From assembly GCF_036321535.1 (NCBI RefSeq), contig NC_087437.1:100938001-101002000 (forward strand): a stretch of 64,000 nucleotides of DNA. Direction: 5' to 3'. The first letter of the stretch is position 1. Each line of letters starts with the position of its first letter. Positions 36,458 through 51,323 of this stretch are shown here, one piece after another. The stretch is from Camelus dromedarius (taxonomy: Eukaryota). Under the pieces are notes generated by a model. It had not been told where the DNA came from and did not search any database. It saw only the letters and a program-made list of their open reading frames with translations. Position numbers and translations under genes: made by a program.

Positions 36458-36820
36458 TCACTATTTGCCTTATTTCAGGCTGTGACAACAGAATACCATA
36501 GACTGGATGGCTTATAAAGAATAGAAATGTAATTCTCACAGTTCTGGAATCTGAAGTCTGAGATCAAGGTGTCAGCATGGTCAAGTTATGGAGGGGCCCG
36601 TCTTCTGGTTGTAGATGGCCATTTTATCATTGTATCCTCACATGGCAGAAAAGAAAAGGAGGAATCTAGGGCCTCTTTTTAAGAGCACTAATCCCATTCA
36701 TGAGGGCTTCATTTTATAACCTAATCTTCTCCCAAAGGCTCCCACTTCCTAACACCATAACACTGGGAGCTAGGATTTCAACATATGAATTTTGGAGGAA
36801 CACATTTAGTCCTTGACACC
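36458..36820 (-). mobile_element. MaLR LTR (MLT1A-like)
   Basis: aataccatagactggatggctta...ctcacagttctgga...gatcaaggtgtcagca...taggatttcaacatatgaattttggagg. Confidence 0.88.
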
Positions 36821-37394
36821 ATTATCTCGCTTTGCTATAATCTCTTTCCTTTATTTCTTTATTAGGTAGCTGGGAGGTACTTTGTGGTTGGACAGAAGAC
36901 AGAATCAATTGAACTTGCTTTTTCTAGGTGGTTTGGAAAAAGGATCTTTAACATTTAAAAGGTGTAATAAAAATTCATGGGTTGTGGTGAGAGTTAAATC
37001 AATCACCAGCAGGACCTTGTGCATAGTAAAACCCATATGTTACCTAAAACAATTAACAGTTTGATTTAGTGATATTGTTATTCTTGATGACACCATACTG
37101 GATTAAGATGTGTAACATATAACAAGCACGCTGGATCTTGCTGCTGCAGGAAACAAGCTTTTGATCTTTGATTTCCTGTGAAGTACAAATAGCATAGCTG
37201 CGCTTGGGCAGTGAGGAAGGTACTGCCAGTGGGATTCACCATGTAGATGTCACTCTGGGTCTCAGTTACATTGCAGACATCACTGCAGTGAGTCCCAGCG
37301 ACATATAATCAAAGAGTTTCCTGGGGAATGGGCTTTCTTTCTCTCCCAAGTGGTATCTACAGAGGATATGAAGAGGTTATATCTTTACCACGCA

Positions 37395-37525
37395 AAGTTT
37401 AGTCTCTGAACTCCATCTGGAAGCTTGTCAGAAATGCAGAATCTCACCAGAATTATTTACCAAGAATCTCTATTTTAACAAGATGCCCAGGTAACTTATA
37501 TGCACATTTAAGTTCTAAAAGCACA
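37395..37525. mobile_element. MER5-like hAT-Charlie MITE fragment
   Basis: gcttgtcagaaatgcagaatctc...tattttaacaagatgcccaggtaacttatatgcaca. Confidence 0.7.
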
Positions 37526-37609
37526 GACTTTTCAAAGAATAAGCTTGAGGAGAAACTTGGAAATTCTCTTTTTAACTATTATTTTAAATAACCAGTTGGA
37601 ATCACCGTA

Positions 37610-37750
37610 CCATTGAATACTACACCACTAATACTGAGAAACACTACATACTGATAAATGCTACTGAGAATATTAATACTAATAAATACTAATCTTGGGA
37701 AATAATACTGGAAATATTAATGCTACAAATACTAATCTCAGGAAACAAAA
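37610..37750. repeat. Degenerate AT-rich minisatellite-like tract (AATACTAAT/ACTGAGAA units)
   Basis: Recurrent aatactaat, tactgagaa and aatattaat motifs. Confidence 0.6.
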
Positions 37751-39019
37751 CGAATATAGGGTTAATGTGACCTGTAATGACATAAAAATATGCAATATAT
37801 TAAATACTTCAAATGGGCTCTCAGTCTTTGCATGAAAGAATCTAGAATTTTATGTTCCAAGACTTTGGTTGCAGATTTCAGTGCTCTGTCCTGATTGTGA
37901 AGGGAAGGCATTTCTTTGCTAAAAACAAAAACAAAAGAACGTTGGCTTTGAGTCCTACTTTTGGTTTAGATCGTGGCCTCTTCTTACTAACTGTAAAACT
38001 GTGGATACTTTTTACATAATTTCTCTGAATGTCAGTTTCTTCATCAATATAATGGGGATGATAATTGTCTGTTAAGGGAAAACTTCAAAAAAGTTCTCCA
38101 TTGAGATCAGATACTCTTATGCCTGGTCAGGTAACAATTTTCCTTTTCTTAGGGTTCTAATAACATTCAGCCTAGTGTTTTAATTTAGGCATGCTAGAGG
38201 TCAGCATTTTTTTTTAAAGATAACTACACAGTTTCATTAAAGAAAAATAGATAATATTTGCAATTTCCATGCCTTTTGGGACTGTGCTCTCGGCCTATTG
38301 AATGTACTTCTCCTTAATCTATCTATGGAATAGTTTGCTCTTTTGTTTAAGGTCTGAGTAGCATTTTTCTGATATAAAATTTTGCCCAGAAAGATAATGG
38401 ATTAAGTCTCAAGGAGACTGTAAGTAGATTTCATCATCCGCTTTAAGTTCAACCTTCACTGCCCTAAGAAAAATTATTGTTGACACATCCCTTTGGTCAT
38501 GTCCGCTGAAAATTACAATGCCAGCTTTGAGCAAAAGACTTCTCAGACTATTGGTGTTTCTGCCTTCAGGCAGAGGGCTGAAAGCCATGTATTATCCTTA
38601 ATAGACAGTAAAGGGAAGGTGAAACCTTTGGAGTCTTGATACTTTGTCATCTTTTGTATGATTTTAAAAAATCACCGTATGCACTAACTCAGAGGAGAAA
38701 CATGTAATTTTGGAGGAGATCCTAAGACATCATTTCTGAGATCATTCTGAAAATAGGGTAAAGTGAGATAAAACATAATATAGACAGTTACTGACATTTA
38801 ATGATCATTTACGATGCTATGTGTAATTCTAGAAACTTTACACATATTTATTTATTTAATTCTCATAATAACACTATGGGTTGGGTTCTCCTGCTATTCC
38901 CATTTGAGAGATGTGGAAAGTGAGGCACAGAACATTTCACCAACCAGCCTAAGGTATCAGAGCCAAAATACACCAGTTTCAGGAAATAGATTCAAGTAGT
39001 CTAGATCTAAACACTAAAC

Positions 39020-39730
39020 TCAGTGGTTTTCATATATGTCAATTTAGGTAAACTCCAACTTGATTTTTCAAATGCCCTTCTTGGTATAGCTTTAGGCTAG
39101 GCTGGCCACAAAATAAATTTATGAGATTTGGAAGGTGAATGTGAAACAGTGGCTACTAAGTTGGAGGTTGGTGCCTCGGCTCCCAGCATCACTGTAGGTC
39201 TCACCTTGTAGCTGAACTGCTAGTTCATCTCATTAGCATGGGCTGCAGCCAGCACAGACTTCCTTCTGGTTCTTTAAGTTGTGGGCCTGGCTCACAACTT
39301 GGTATGCAGTGCCAACATGAAGAGTTCTAGCATCTTCCACAGGTCACTAAAGGCTCCATGTTGCAATAGAAACAAGACAAAAAGCAGATATGGCTTTTAG
39401 TTTATCCCCCGGGTTTTGGTTTGTCCCCATGGGTTCTTATTTCTTTTTCATTTTTCTCATTTTAGGTACAGATTTTATTCATAATCGCTCACCTTGCTGA
39501 TCTATAGCCTGTCCACTCCCAAATGCAGAAGCAATAGTTTCTATAGATTTCACCACTTCTTGTCCACGGTTCCTTGTTAGTGGCTTTTCTCTGACCCTCC
39601 AACCGCACCTTCCCCGATCTTTCCTTTTGTGCATTCCTTCATAATTGTGAGAATCTAATCACCAAAATGAGTTTCTTATTCCATATTGCTCAGTGATTCT
39701 CTGTCCCTAATAGAACTCTCACTGGTGCAT
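39020..39730 (+). mobile_element. Old ERVL-type LTR (MLT2-like)
   Basis: Start gtggttttcatatatgtcaatttagg and end ctctgtccctaatagaactctcactggtgca resemble ERVL LTR termini. Confidence 0.5.
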
Positions 39731-42014
39731 ATGTCTATAAAACAAAGATGATGATTGTCTATAAAAGAGAGTCTTCCCTGAAATTAACAGATTATAGCTC
39801 AATGTGTTTAGCATAATGCCAGGGACATTAAGATCACTTAGTGACATTCTGTGTCATCCTCATCTTCATCTTCATCCTCTTCCTCCTTAAAAATTTCCTG
39901 GAAGCATTATCACAAAGCAAAACAAAAAGGAGAGATTCAAGTGCACTTTAGTTAAAAGAAGGAATAGTTTCAACCAGGCACCAAGAGTTTGCCTAAGTAT
40001 TTTAATGGGAAGAGGTTTCCTTCACAGGTTCTCAAATGGGAAGCACTTATATTTTCCACTTTTAAAGCAAGTATTTTAAACATCCTTCATCAAAAGTTTC
40101 TTAGTGTTATCTGAGGCTTTATCATTATTCAGGTTTTTATTTAGCTCAGCAGTAATTTCCATACCTCATAACCTCTGCTAACTTGAGAGACGATTCTGTC
40201 CTCCAGCCCTTTCATAATGCTTTTCACTCTCTTCACATCCGAAAATCTTGCTTAAACTCCAGTGCCCAGACTTCTCCCAATTGTCTAACAAAGCTCCAAG
40301 CCCAGCCAAACGTTGTGGAGAAACTATACAGACATTTCTTTATGCAACGCTCTTGTTTTGACATCTCCTTGAGTCTATTTACATGCAGTCATTTCCCAAT
40401 GCCAGTTAAAGTCAGAAAAAGTGATTCACCACGACATTCTTGCAAAATATGACAGATGGGCTCATTAGTCTTTTGATTCATAAAACCCATGATGCTGTTG
40501 TGCTTAAAATAAGAAGTACAAAATAAGCAAGTCCCTGATAGGTTTAATTCGGAGTGAGAGCTAAATAATGCCAACTCTGCAGATTCATGCAAAGAACTGA
40601 CAAAAGGAGCAGTGGGGGCAAAAAGGACTGAACACATGAATGCATTTTGCTTTATGAAATATTATGAGCTATGAGCTGATGGTTGGGAAGGAGCTGGGGA
40701 TCCAACAGCTAGACAAAAGCAGTGCAGAAAAGCAAGAGTGACTTACTAAGTCACATGCTGTTCATGTTTTCTTGATGTAAATACAACAGTAGAAAAGATG
40801 AAGAAACTAAACAAATGAGCCTTCATAGAAAGCAAAAAGAAAAAATAAGATGCTGGACATTTTAAGGGAAAAAAAATCCTTAGTAATGCATGACTAATAC
40901 AATACAGAATAGTATCTGTTCACAAAGAAGCCAAAATAAAGGAAGGCATCTTTGGAATGTCGACAGTAAAATCTCTTCAAGGAAACAGGTAGAGTAGTGG
41001 TGCCAGCAGAAAAGTATTCTTATTGAAATTTTCACTCATATTGATTGGCCATCCAAGTTTTGTTGCAATCAGCAAATCTTCCTGGTAGAACTCCAGTCAA
41101 ATCTGAATTTAAAATTACAGAGAGTTGGTTTTCAAAACTTACCTGCTCTTTGCCTTTGTATGCTGCTTAAAGGAAGTCTGCATAGATGGCAATATTTCTT
41201 CAACTTTTAAGAAATAATTTAAAAATCAAGAGATGGTAAAAAAGGAAGCCACATCATGTAAATCTTAACTGAGCAAAAAGCTTCCATAAGTAACCTAAAA
41301 CATCTCTATTGTTGGAGAAGCTCCGTGTTTTCGGTTTCTCCTGGGTGAGTCTGTTTCTGTCACTGTTTTCCATGGAATGTGACTCATAAGTTATATATTA
41401 GTCTTTAGTCACTGCTTATGTAGTTAGATAGATAAATCATTTTAAACATTTAAATATATATGCAGATAAAAACTTCTCAAAGTTTCAAATGTTGCCATAG
41501 TATTATCTTAATGGAAAACTGTTTTGCCGTATTCCACATTCAGTGAAAGTGTCTAAAAATATCTTCCAAATATATACTTGTACACATTTCTCTTGGATAT
41601 TTTGGTGATTCAGATACATCAGTATTCTGAGCTTCAAGCAAGCTTGGTGTCAAAATACTTTAATGATCTGAGTGAAACATGACAAGAATGCATTATGTGG
41701 TAGGAAAAGAGAAAGACATTAACACTGAGTTTTGGTTCTGCACCAGGCTCTAAGCTATGAATGGAACAAATGTTAACAAAATCTCTCTTCATTCATATAT
41801 TTATTCCCAAAATATTTGCACAAAATCTTTTCTACCCCACATATCTTCTTCTGTAATGATGTCTTTGTTTCTTTTTGCAGCTTTAAGAACACACAATGCT
41901 TTTTTTATAAGCTCTTACTTAACTACTATATGTACTCGTAAATATATGTATATACACACACACACACATATAGTTAAGTGACAGGTTCCCTAATTAGTTA
42001 TAATTTACAGATAC

Positions 42015-42170
42015 AACTTCATTTAATCCTCATATGTATTCTGTAAGGTAGGAATTAATACTATTCCTTTTATATGGAGGAGGGCACCGAGGAATAGAGA
42101 GGCTCATTAACTTGTCCATTGTCACTTAGCGAGGAAGTGGCCGATTCAGGATTCAACCTAGGGAAGATGA
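42015..42170 (-). mobile_element. MIR fragment
   Basis: catttaatcctcat...gtaaggtagg...gaggaatagagagg...aacttgtcc..gtcac...caggattcaacc. Confidence 0.75.
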
Positions 42171-42554
42171 TCTGGCCGCAGGGTGCTGCCCTCCTGGGCA
42201 CTAGTATGACCTGTAGAGCAAGGGACTCCATGAGGAGCTGAATTCAATGACCATAACTCTCTGGTTAAAAAACTTTCTGTTTCTTGGTTTTATTAAAACG
42301 TCCTTTCTGATGAGTTGGTACCCTCAATCACATGTGCTCCATTATGAAGGTCTGGTGAACTCAGCTTATTTCCTGCTCACCAAAGATTTCTTTCTCCTAA
42401 AATTGTACATAATAATTGACAAAATTTGAAAAATAAAGTGGTGGAAAAATGTGTTGCCAGATGGTTTACCAATGAATCATATAATGATAATATATTTCAG
42501 TTCTTCCTAGTTTACCCCCATGTCAAAATAGGAGGTATTAAAAGAATAGGCATT

Positions 42555-42639
42555 TTATGACTGGGACGTTGTGCTGTGCACCAGAAATTGACACATTGTA
42601 ACTGACTATACTTCAATATAAATAAATAAATAAATAAGA
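42555..42639 (+). mobile_element. 85 bp extremely 5'-truncated L1 3' end with 15 bp TSD
   Basis: atgactgggacgttgtgctgtgcaccagaaattgacacattgtaactgactatacttcaat plus (AAAT)n tail; TSD AAAAGAATAGGCATT 42540-42554 / AAAAGAGTAGGCATT 42640-42654. Confidence 0.9.
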
Positions 42640-45600
42640 AAAAGAGTAGGCATTAAAACAACAAAATAAAATTTTAGTTAAATTTTATGGAACAAAAAAA
42701 TAAACTAACATTTCTACCCTCCACCATGCCGATTTAGAGTGAATTAATCCCTTTTGGAGTTTGTGAGTATTATGATGTTATTGGAACTCCTTTCACTGTG
42801 ACTTAGTTTTGCTGGTTGGTTACTTGGTTCTTGCAGAGAAAATGATCTGCTCTCAGCATCATGTTGACAGGGAATGTGTACACTGCAGCAGCCCTTGGAG
42901 AATGTTTCAGCTCCCCACCTGCCACTTGCTCATTTGTGTCCATCTGGGGCAGACAGGATTGCCTGCATAACCAAAATTCTGCCCCTCTTCTTCTTCGCTA
43001 ACAGAACCCCAGTTTTGATCAGGGTGTCAATGTACACAGCCCTCAACAAAACATCCTGGTTAGTCTAACTCTTGACCTACCTATTTTCCTCTTTCCCCAC
43101 CTCACTTGCTATTACAATTTAATAAAGTCAAAATGCTAAAGACTAGGAAAGAAAATCCTTACCTTTTCTGTATCATTAAGCGGCTGTTCTGAAGCAGTCA
43201 GACCCTTTGTTTGGACTGTGCTCTGGGAATCAGAAGTTATTTGTTTTAGTCCCAGCTGGTAGAGGACTCTAGTTACAGCCAAGCCACTTATGACTAGTTG
43301 ACTCTCAGAAACAGAGCTGCTCCGTGGAAACCCATTTCCTCAAAGGCTGTCCCATTGAAGACAGGACGTTTCCATTCACTGGTTTATTTTCTCTCAAGAA
43401 AAAGTCAGCGATGTGGGGTTCTAATTGCTCTTGATTTAACCCCTTTGTCTGATGTAGGAGCAGATTTTGGTGATGTTCAAGACCAAAGCCTTGCTCACTG
43501 GACATGAGCTTCTTTCATGGTAACTGTAATGTCCTCTCCTCCTAAATACTTAAAATTCAAAAGTGTCACCAAAGTGTGTCTGGGGATTTATATTTTATCA
43601 TGAAGTTGGCCTAATAAATGTGCTTACTCAACTCTTTCTTCAAATCAGGGAACTGCCTATTATTCATTTAATTAATCCCTTTTCTTCAACTATGTAATTC
43701 TTTTTAGAATTCCCAATTTGCATACAGAGAAACTGGATTTAGTATCCATGCCTCTTAAATTTTACTTTATTTTCATATGGATAACATTTAACACTTAATA
43801 AATGTTCATATATAAACACATATATGTGTGTATATAAATATATAGGCTTATCCCTCCAATTTCTCAATGTTTTCAGTTGGTCTTTTATGGCCTTGATTTA
43901 TATTTCTTCATTATTCAATACATTTCTTTGAACTTTTCCATTTGGTACTCATGTTTGATCATCTGAAAACAATTTTTAATTGTCTCAAAATTTTCTCTTT
44001 CATTGACTCCAATTGCAAAGAATAATGAAATATTTCTCTGGAAAGAAAGAATTATTATTTGATCTGTGACATTTCTTCTGGTCAAATGTCTCTTGCAACA
44101 CTAAATTAAGGAACATTCACAGGAGCAAAATGAACTTTGGAAAGTAATATATACTCTGTGCCAATTCAGGGCCTGTCTTGTGTTATCAAAATTCTTACTA
44201 AGAAATCTGTAAGTAGTAATTGGTGAGGTGCAGGCACACTGGAGAAGGGCACTAGACAGCCCAAGGAAGCTATGTGACGAGCAAGGTATGAAGATGGAAG
44301 CGACTCCAGAACTAACAACCTCCCTGTGCTAAGGTGGTGCCCAACCAGTCAGCCTTTTCTTTTATTAGCACGCCTATGTCCCAAATGCAGAGTGATTTAG
44401 AAATGTTGCTTTCTGTGCCTGTGAGTCACATGACCTCCACTAGCTATCACTATATGTGCTGTGTGACCTGTCCTGGATCCTTTCTTGAAGGTAAGTCAAA
44501 TTGATGCTGGGTGACACGTGAGTCTTATTATTTACTATGTCTCATAAGTCTTGTCAATATCAATCCAAGACTACTGTTCCTGGTCAAGAAGAGTGGGCAG
44601 AAAATTGTCCAGGTGGCTTCCTTCCTTGACTGAGGAGATATCCAGTAAAGACAGACAAGGAATTGTTCACCTGCTACATCAGATTATAGAATAGAAAAGT
44701 GTGCTCCATCTGGGCTACAAATGCCCCAAGAGCTGATCTAGACTTGGATCTTATTGCTTTATCATGCCATGTCTCAGATGTCTCAGATTATGACAGAATT
44801 CCTGTGCACTTATTACCCATACAGACTTTTCCTCAGCACATGCTGAATTTCAGTCATATTGACACATTCCTCAATTATAGTCTTATGTTGACAATGTTAT
44901 ATAAATTTTGTTATGGTTATTTCCCTTAATTTCATCCTTTTCAAGTAAAGATTTCAGAAGTTTCCCCCTGTTTCTTTATCTTCTTTGTCTTCTTAAAGAC
45001 AATATTCAATGAATGTAAACAGATTGATTTAAACCAACATCCTGAATAGAAATTAAGTTTTTGATTTTTAATCATTGTGTACATCTTTTCTTCTTTTTTA
45101 ATAAGAAAATTTCCCAAATCATCTTATGAGGCAACCTAATCCATTGTTGGATAACTTGAATAATTTACTTAAAAATTATACAATATAATATTCAATATAA
45201 TATTACTTAGTAAAATTTTTATATATTTTTGTAAGTTCCTCCTCTTTAGAAAGCTTTATCTATACAGTTAGCAATATCAACTGGATGCATACAATATTTC
45301 CAGAGTACATTTTCTGAACATTTGACAAATGTGCTTTCCGATTATCTCTTGGCACTTCCTCAGGATTGGATTTCTACAACACAAAGATAAACCTCCTTTA
45401 TTTTTACAATTTAATGTGTTAATGACTTCACTTTGCTTTTCAAAAAACAATAAAAAATTTGGAATATGATTCAAATAATTTTAATAAAATTATGTTCTTA
45501 TGTTTATCTTAAGCTTCAGCTCCTACCACTTATCTGAAACATTAATTCTAAATAATTTGTAGGTTCTGGACTATATTTTGCTTTTTCATGACCTCACTCC

Positions 45601-45827
45601 TTAGTATAAAGTGTCCTCTTAGTCTAGAGTTATCTTCTCCATTCCTCTTTGCTACCTAGAGCCCTCTTTTTTATTCTTTAAGACTTATTCCAAGGGTGTT
45701 CTCCTCTGATAAGACTTCTCTGAACTATTTTGTTAGTTGGAGACACTATTCCTCTGGTAGTCTTCTGAACTAACTTATCTAATGTAGAGTAACCTCATAA
45801 AAATGATGTAAGCTTAGTTTTGTGTTA

Positions 45828-46250
45828 TGTTATGGGTTGAATTGTTCCACCTCCAAAAAGGTAAAGTCTTAACCTCCAATACCTCAGAACATGAACTTGT
45901 TGGGAAATAGGGTCATGGCATATGTAAATAGTAAAGTTACGATGAGCTCATATTGGAGTAGGGTGCCTTGAATCCAATGTGACTGACGTCCTTATGAGAA
46001 AGATGGACATATGAAGACAGAGAAAGAGATTGGAGTTATGTTGCCACCAGCCAAGAGATGCCCGAGGCTAACAAAGGCTAGAAAAAGGCAAGGAGGGATT
46101 ACCCCCTTAGAAGTTTGGGAGAGAACACAGCCTGGCTGACACTTTGATTTTAGACTTCTAGCCTTCAGAACAGGAAGAGAATACATTTCTGTTGTTTTAA
46201 GCCATCCACTTTGTGGTACTTTGTTATGGCAGCCCCAGGAAACTGGTATG
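45828..46250 (+). mobile_element. MaLR LTR (MLT1B/C-like)
   Basis: tgttatgggttgaattg...gaaatagggtc...gctgacactttgattttagacttctagcct...ttgttatggcagccccaggaaact. Confidence 0.9.
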
Positions 46251-48509
46251 TCAGGATATCTTAGGTATTATGGGAAATAGTCAAATTGTCTTTTTATAGT
46301 TTTATACTCATTAATCATCACATAATTTTTTCTCGGAAAAAAGTTGACAGTAATTATTCATGACAACTATTTTAATAAAGTAAGTCACACAAAGATTTCT
46401 ATGTACTTTTCTTAGAAGGATGAAATTCTTATTTGGAAAGAAACTGAACAGGTAAAACTTAAAATAACCTTGTGAAAATCTCAGTTCATAAAGCATGCAA
46501 ATGTACTTTTTTAATGTTAACATTAAATAACAGCAAGCGTCCTGCCTGCTAGACCTACCTTCAGTGGGGCAATGGAGACATTTCCATATTCTACCATCGC
46601 TAAGAATATCTGTCCTTTTAATTTTAAAGCAGTCCAATACTCCAACTGATGGGGAGGTGTGACCTGATCCACCCCGACTGATGAAACAAGGAAAGATTTC
46701 AGGAACAGCAGAATGAAGCCAGGTTGATGCTGTTCACGTACTAAACACTCTTGTGTTGAAAATGAAAAAGCAGGAGAAACTTTGATTAACGTTCGGAATT
46801 TCTGCCTCATCATTTCTCTTCAAAATAACAAAGTTTAAACCGAGCCCCCCACCCCCAAAGGCCAGTCACCTCAGATTTTGGTAAGTGCCAAATATATTGT
46901 ACCTTCCAGTCACTGGCACTAATTTTATACATTTTGTAAAACCTTAAGATTAATATTTTGTTCTGGAGTTCTGCAGAGATTGTGTAATTGACTTTTCTCT
47001 CATTTTAAATACTTGAAAAACATCTATCCATCATTTTACTCCACTTTCCTCAGATAAAATCCAAAAACTATACTTATTCAAGAAAAGGTAAACATCATTG
47101 TTAATTCCTCTTCACATCATCCTTTATATCAGCATATGGTAAAGTAAAAGACAGACGCTGAGTGTTTAAGCAGCAACCATAAATATTGCTCGGCATCTGT
47201 GTGATCCTTTATGCTGTCTCTTTCAAGCACCTTCACGTGACTGCATATCATAAATTACTGCCAACACTATAACCTGATTCTGAGCCATAGTAGGAATGTT
47301 GACAGAAACGACAATAATACAATAACAAATCACACTCTAACTATATGCAAAATATATGTGCATGCATACATACATTCAGTAATTTTTGTGGAAATTTGGG
47401 GCATGTGGAAAATTGACACACTGTGAGTGTTGGCCTAGAAAATAAATCTAAAGCAGAAAACCTCTGTGTCAGACATGGGTGCACATCAGCTTATATTAAT
47501 TTTTACAGCCACCATTTAAAGGAAGTTGAAATTTTTCTAAGAGAACACCGAACTCTATTTAATTAATGACTTCAAATCATCACAAAAGAATGCTTTAATG
47601 CAGAATGTTGTAGATCATTCATTTGTTTTTTCTGAAAGTCACAAAGCTCCTTAATCCATATGGTTTTCTTTTAAATCTTTTAATTAATCTATGCTCTACA
47701 TTCTTTCTTATAAATCTTCTCTCCTATGGTTAAACAATGTTGAAAACAATCTACTCTAAAAAGTCAATTCTCCCTTTACATCCAATTCTAGATAAAATCT
47801 CTACCATGATTCTCAGGAATTACTGCTGGCCATTGGAGGTTTGCCTGCATTCATCTCCGCATTTGCTTTTACAAATTTACCCATGGCAAATGGTATTTTT
47901 TGTTATAATGCTTTGCATTTAAATAGTTCATTACATTTAAAATTAATGTAATTCTGCTAATAGCTCCATGTTAAAGGAAGCAATGATTTCTGTGATCATA
48001 TTATTGATGGAGAAACTAGTTCAGAGAAGTTAAAAGATGTACCCAGAGATAGTCAGCAAAAGAACAGTTTAGTTGATGATAACAAGGCAAGAACACCTAT
48101 TTTTCAGCTGTCTTCAATCTTTTCTTAGAGTAGTCTGTTCAGCATATGTAATAAAATTTTGGAAGAATTTCAGAGAAAGATAGTGAACACGTTTTTTAAT
48201 TTTAATAAAAACTTGTAAGCATCAGAGTCATCAAAGTATAAAATACATAGCTGAGAATGTTGCACTATTTTTCCAATTCAAATAGCAGTCATCACCTTTT
48301 CTTTGAGAAACAGGCTTTTGAAAAGAGGTGAGCTAATTTTAGACACTAGGACTTATAAAAGCATCATGATCAAAGTTGCAACAATCAGTAATGAGAAGGC
48401 AGATTAAGGAGAGGTATATGTTAAACTGGAATTACGGATGGACAAGAACAGGCTGCTTAGATTTAGAAGCAGAAAATTATAACATGGGGAAAGACTGGAT
48501 ATCAGCTCT

Positions 48510-48637
48510 ATTTTTTTTGGTGGGGGAAGTAACTAGGTTTATTGATTGATTGATCGATTGATGGAGGTAGTGGGGATTGAACCCAGGACCTTGTGCATGC
48601 TAAGAACTCACTCTACCACAAAGCTATACCCTCCCCC
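48510..48637 (-). mobile_element. tRNA-derived SINE, camelid (vic-1-like) type, with TSD
   Basis: Antisense B-box ggggattgaacccagg and 5' end gctataccctcccc; T-tail; TSD CTGGATATCAGCTCT 48495-48509 / CTGGATATCATCTTT 48638-48652. Confidence 0.88.
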
Positions 48638-50967
48638 CTGGATATCATCTTTAAATCTCTTATTAAAGTGTAAAATATTTTGAATAGATAACAGTGCAAT
48701 CCAGTTCAGAGAGGCTTATCCAAAGCTAGAAACCACTTGAGAAAGATTAGAGGTCTGAGATAATGACTTAAAAGGGCATAGACTATTTTCATGTGGGATG
48801 GTTGTGAAGGAGGCAGGGAGTTATTATGGAGTCCTGTAATTAAAGAGCATGGGGGTTGCTGGATTCCCAGACAAAGTGCTCAGAGAAAGTTACAGACTAA
48901 TCTTACCTTTGTGGATTTGCTTAGACAAACTGCAGTGGTAGATCTTTCCATGGGGGTCAATACAGAGAGCTGGTGTAACCTGAAAGGAAAAAGCATTGAG
49001 TGCTGAAATCCCATTTCCCTGCCAATTTCATAGATCTGGTGTATATCAGAATCTTGGACACATGTATTTTTAAATGTGAAATTTTTAAAATTTGAAATTA
49101 AATAATGAAAGCACCTCAATGTTTTAAACAATTAGACAGTATTCATGCATTTTGAATAATTGTGCATTTTAAAACTTCAAATAAGGCTTTGTTAAACTCT
49201 CATCATGATCTATTCATATGAATAAATAGGCATTCATTGTAATACCTTTTCTTTAAAGATCTGATTAGAAGTGAAATCAGTGTAATATAGTGATTGATAA
49301 TAATATATATATATTTTCTGCTTAAAAGATAATTATTTCAATGCTGCAAAATAATCAAGGCACTGCCTGAAAGCAAGAGGTAAGATGAACTATTTGAACA
49401 ATTGAATATATAGGAGATTCTTGACAAAAAGTAAGATTACGAAAGTTACCAGCTTTAGAGCACATTGCTTTTATTAAGTTCCCTCCTCTGGTGAGCAAGT
49501 TCTTCCTCAGTTTAACACAATCTCCTATTCATTTTATCCTTCTTTTCCTGTCTTCTTACTTTACTGCAATTGTCTTTTTTGTTATTAAAATTCCTATCTC
49601 TCCAATGATATGGTTTACATTTTAATATCAATGAACTGTTCTGTCTTAGTTATTCTGAATTTGATTTTGATTAATTTTATTTAAAAAACATTATTCTCAC
49701 ATCTTCTCTGCTCTCTCCGTCAAGTATGGATCTTTCCCGAGAATGATATTTATCCTACTTTGGCCCCATTCACTTTTGGCGTAGATGCACTTGATATATT
49801 TGCTAGCAGATTATCTACTGTAAGTGATGAAACCACGTGACTACTTATGTGAACCAAATAAGGGCATTTTCTATATATATACATATATATATATCTATCT
49901 TGTCATTCACACTTTCAAACTTTTATTCCAAAAGGAAATTAAGCTATAAACTAGTTCTTCATACTTTTAAATAAATTTTTCAAAGTCATCAGTGTTAGGT
50001 TTTCTTTAATGATGCACAATTTTCCTCGGCATCTTTGGGAGTGGAAATTCACCTCCATCACACATGGCCAAAGCACCACAACCTCCAAATTACATCTCTT
50101 ATTAGATTGAGTTTGTGACAGCTTATGAGTCTCTTTCAATTATTCAGCAAATTGACAAGAAGTCAAAATATTACTGCTTATTTTTTTTTACCCAGTTAGT
50201 CAATGGTAATTCCTCCTAAGCTAAAATCAAACTATTTATCACAAAGTTTATCATGACTTTTTCATTCTGGGGTTCATACAGTGTTCTGAGTGAATAAAAA
50301 AGTGTGAAAACAGAGTATATTTTAGCATGTTTCTGATTTATAAATTCCAGTTAGCCTGAAAAAGAAAAAGTCAACTCCGGAGATACAGATACAGTTACTC
50401 ACCATAAAGTATTATGAAAGAAATTATTGAACAGGTTAGAGGAAACAGGTGACTCTGAACATTAATAAAAATTAAGTTCAGATATATCAGCTTTGTGTAT
50501 TCCCCACCCTTTACCCAAGGCTCTCTGCGGACATTTTGTTTGCGTATATTTACAATTACAAATAAATTAGCAAGCTAAATCTAATTAAATAAGTATAGAA
50601 AAATACGAAAGGAGGACACAGCACGGAAGAAGAGACAAAAATAAGAACTAAAGCTGGATGGAAAAAAGAAACATACGGGACTGGATCTCAGGAAACTGCT
50701 ACCATCTTTCTAAAATAAAATTCAGAAGCTTCTGTTGAAATGGAGGGAGATTCTCAATTTGTCCCATGAGTCCCCTTCTCCTTTGGCTAATTTCCTCTTG
50801 ACGTTAATTTTCACTCTTACCATCAAACCTGGCCTCAGGGGAGCTGCTCTTTAATACTGTATTCTACAACTTAAGTCTAGAACATTTAAATAATAGTTAA
50901 TAGCCACTAGCAGACAGCAGGTTAACACAGAATTTCAAAACAGAAATATCTGGTTTAAATAACTTAC

Positions 50968-51323
50968 TGCTATAGACTGTGTCCAGCCAAAATTCACGTG
51001 TTGAAACCTACCCCCTAACATGATAGTATTTGGAAGTGGGGCCTTTGGAACATGATTAGATTATAAGGGTAGAGCCTTTGCGAATAGGATGAATGCCCTT
51101 GTAAAAGAGACCCCAGGGAGCTCCCTCCTCCCTCCTACCACATGAGGACACAGGGAGAGGACAGCAACCATGAACCATGAAGGAGCTCACTGGACAGAAT
51201 CTGCAGGTGCCCTGATCTTGGACTTTCTAGCCTCTACAACTGTGAGAAATAAATTTCTGTTGTTTATAAGCTCCCCTGACTATAGTGTTTTGCTATTTAT
51301 AGCAGCCTGAACAGCTTAAAACA
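50968..51323 (+). mobile_element. MaLR LTR (MLT1A-like)
   Basis: tgctatagactg...aaattcacgtgttgaaacc...ctgatcttggactttctagcctctacaactgtgagaaataaatttctgttgtttataagc...atagcagcctgaac. Confidence 0.9.
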
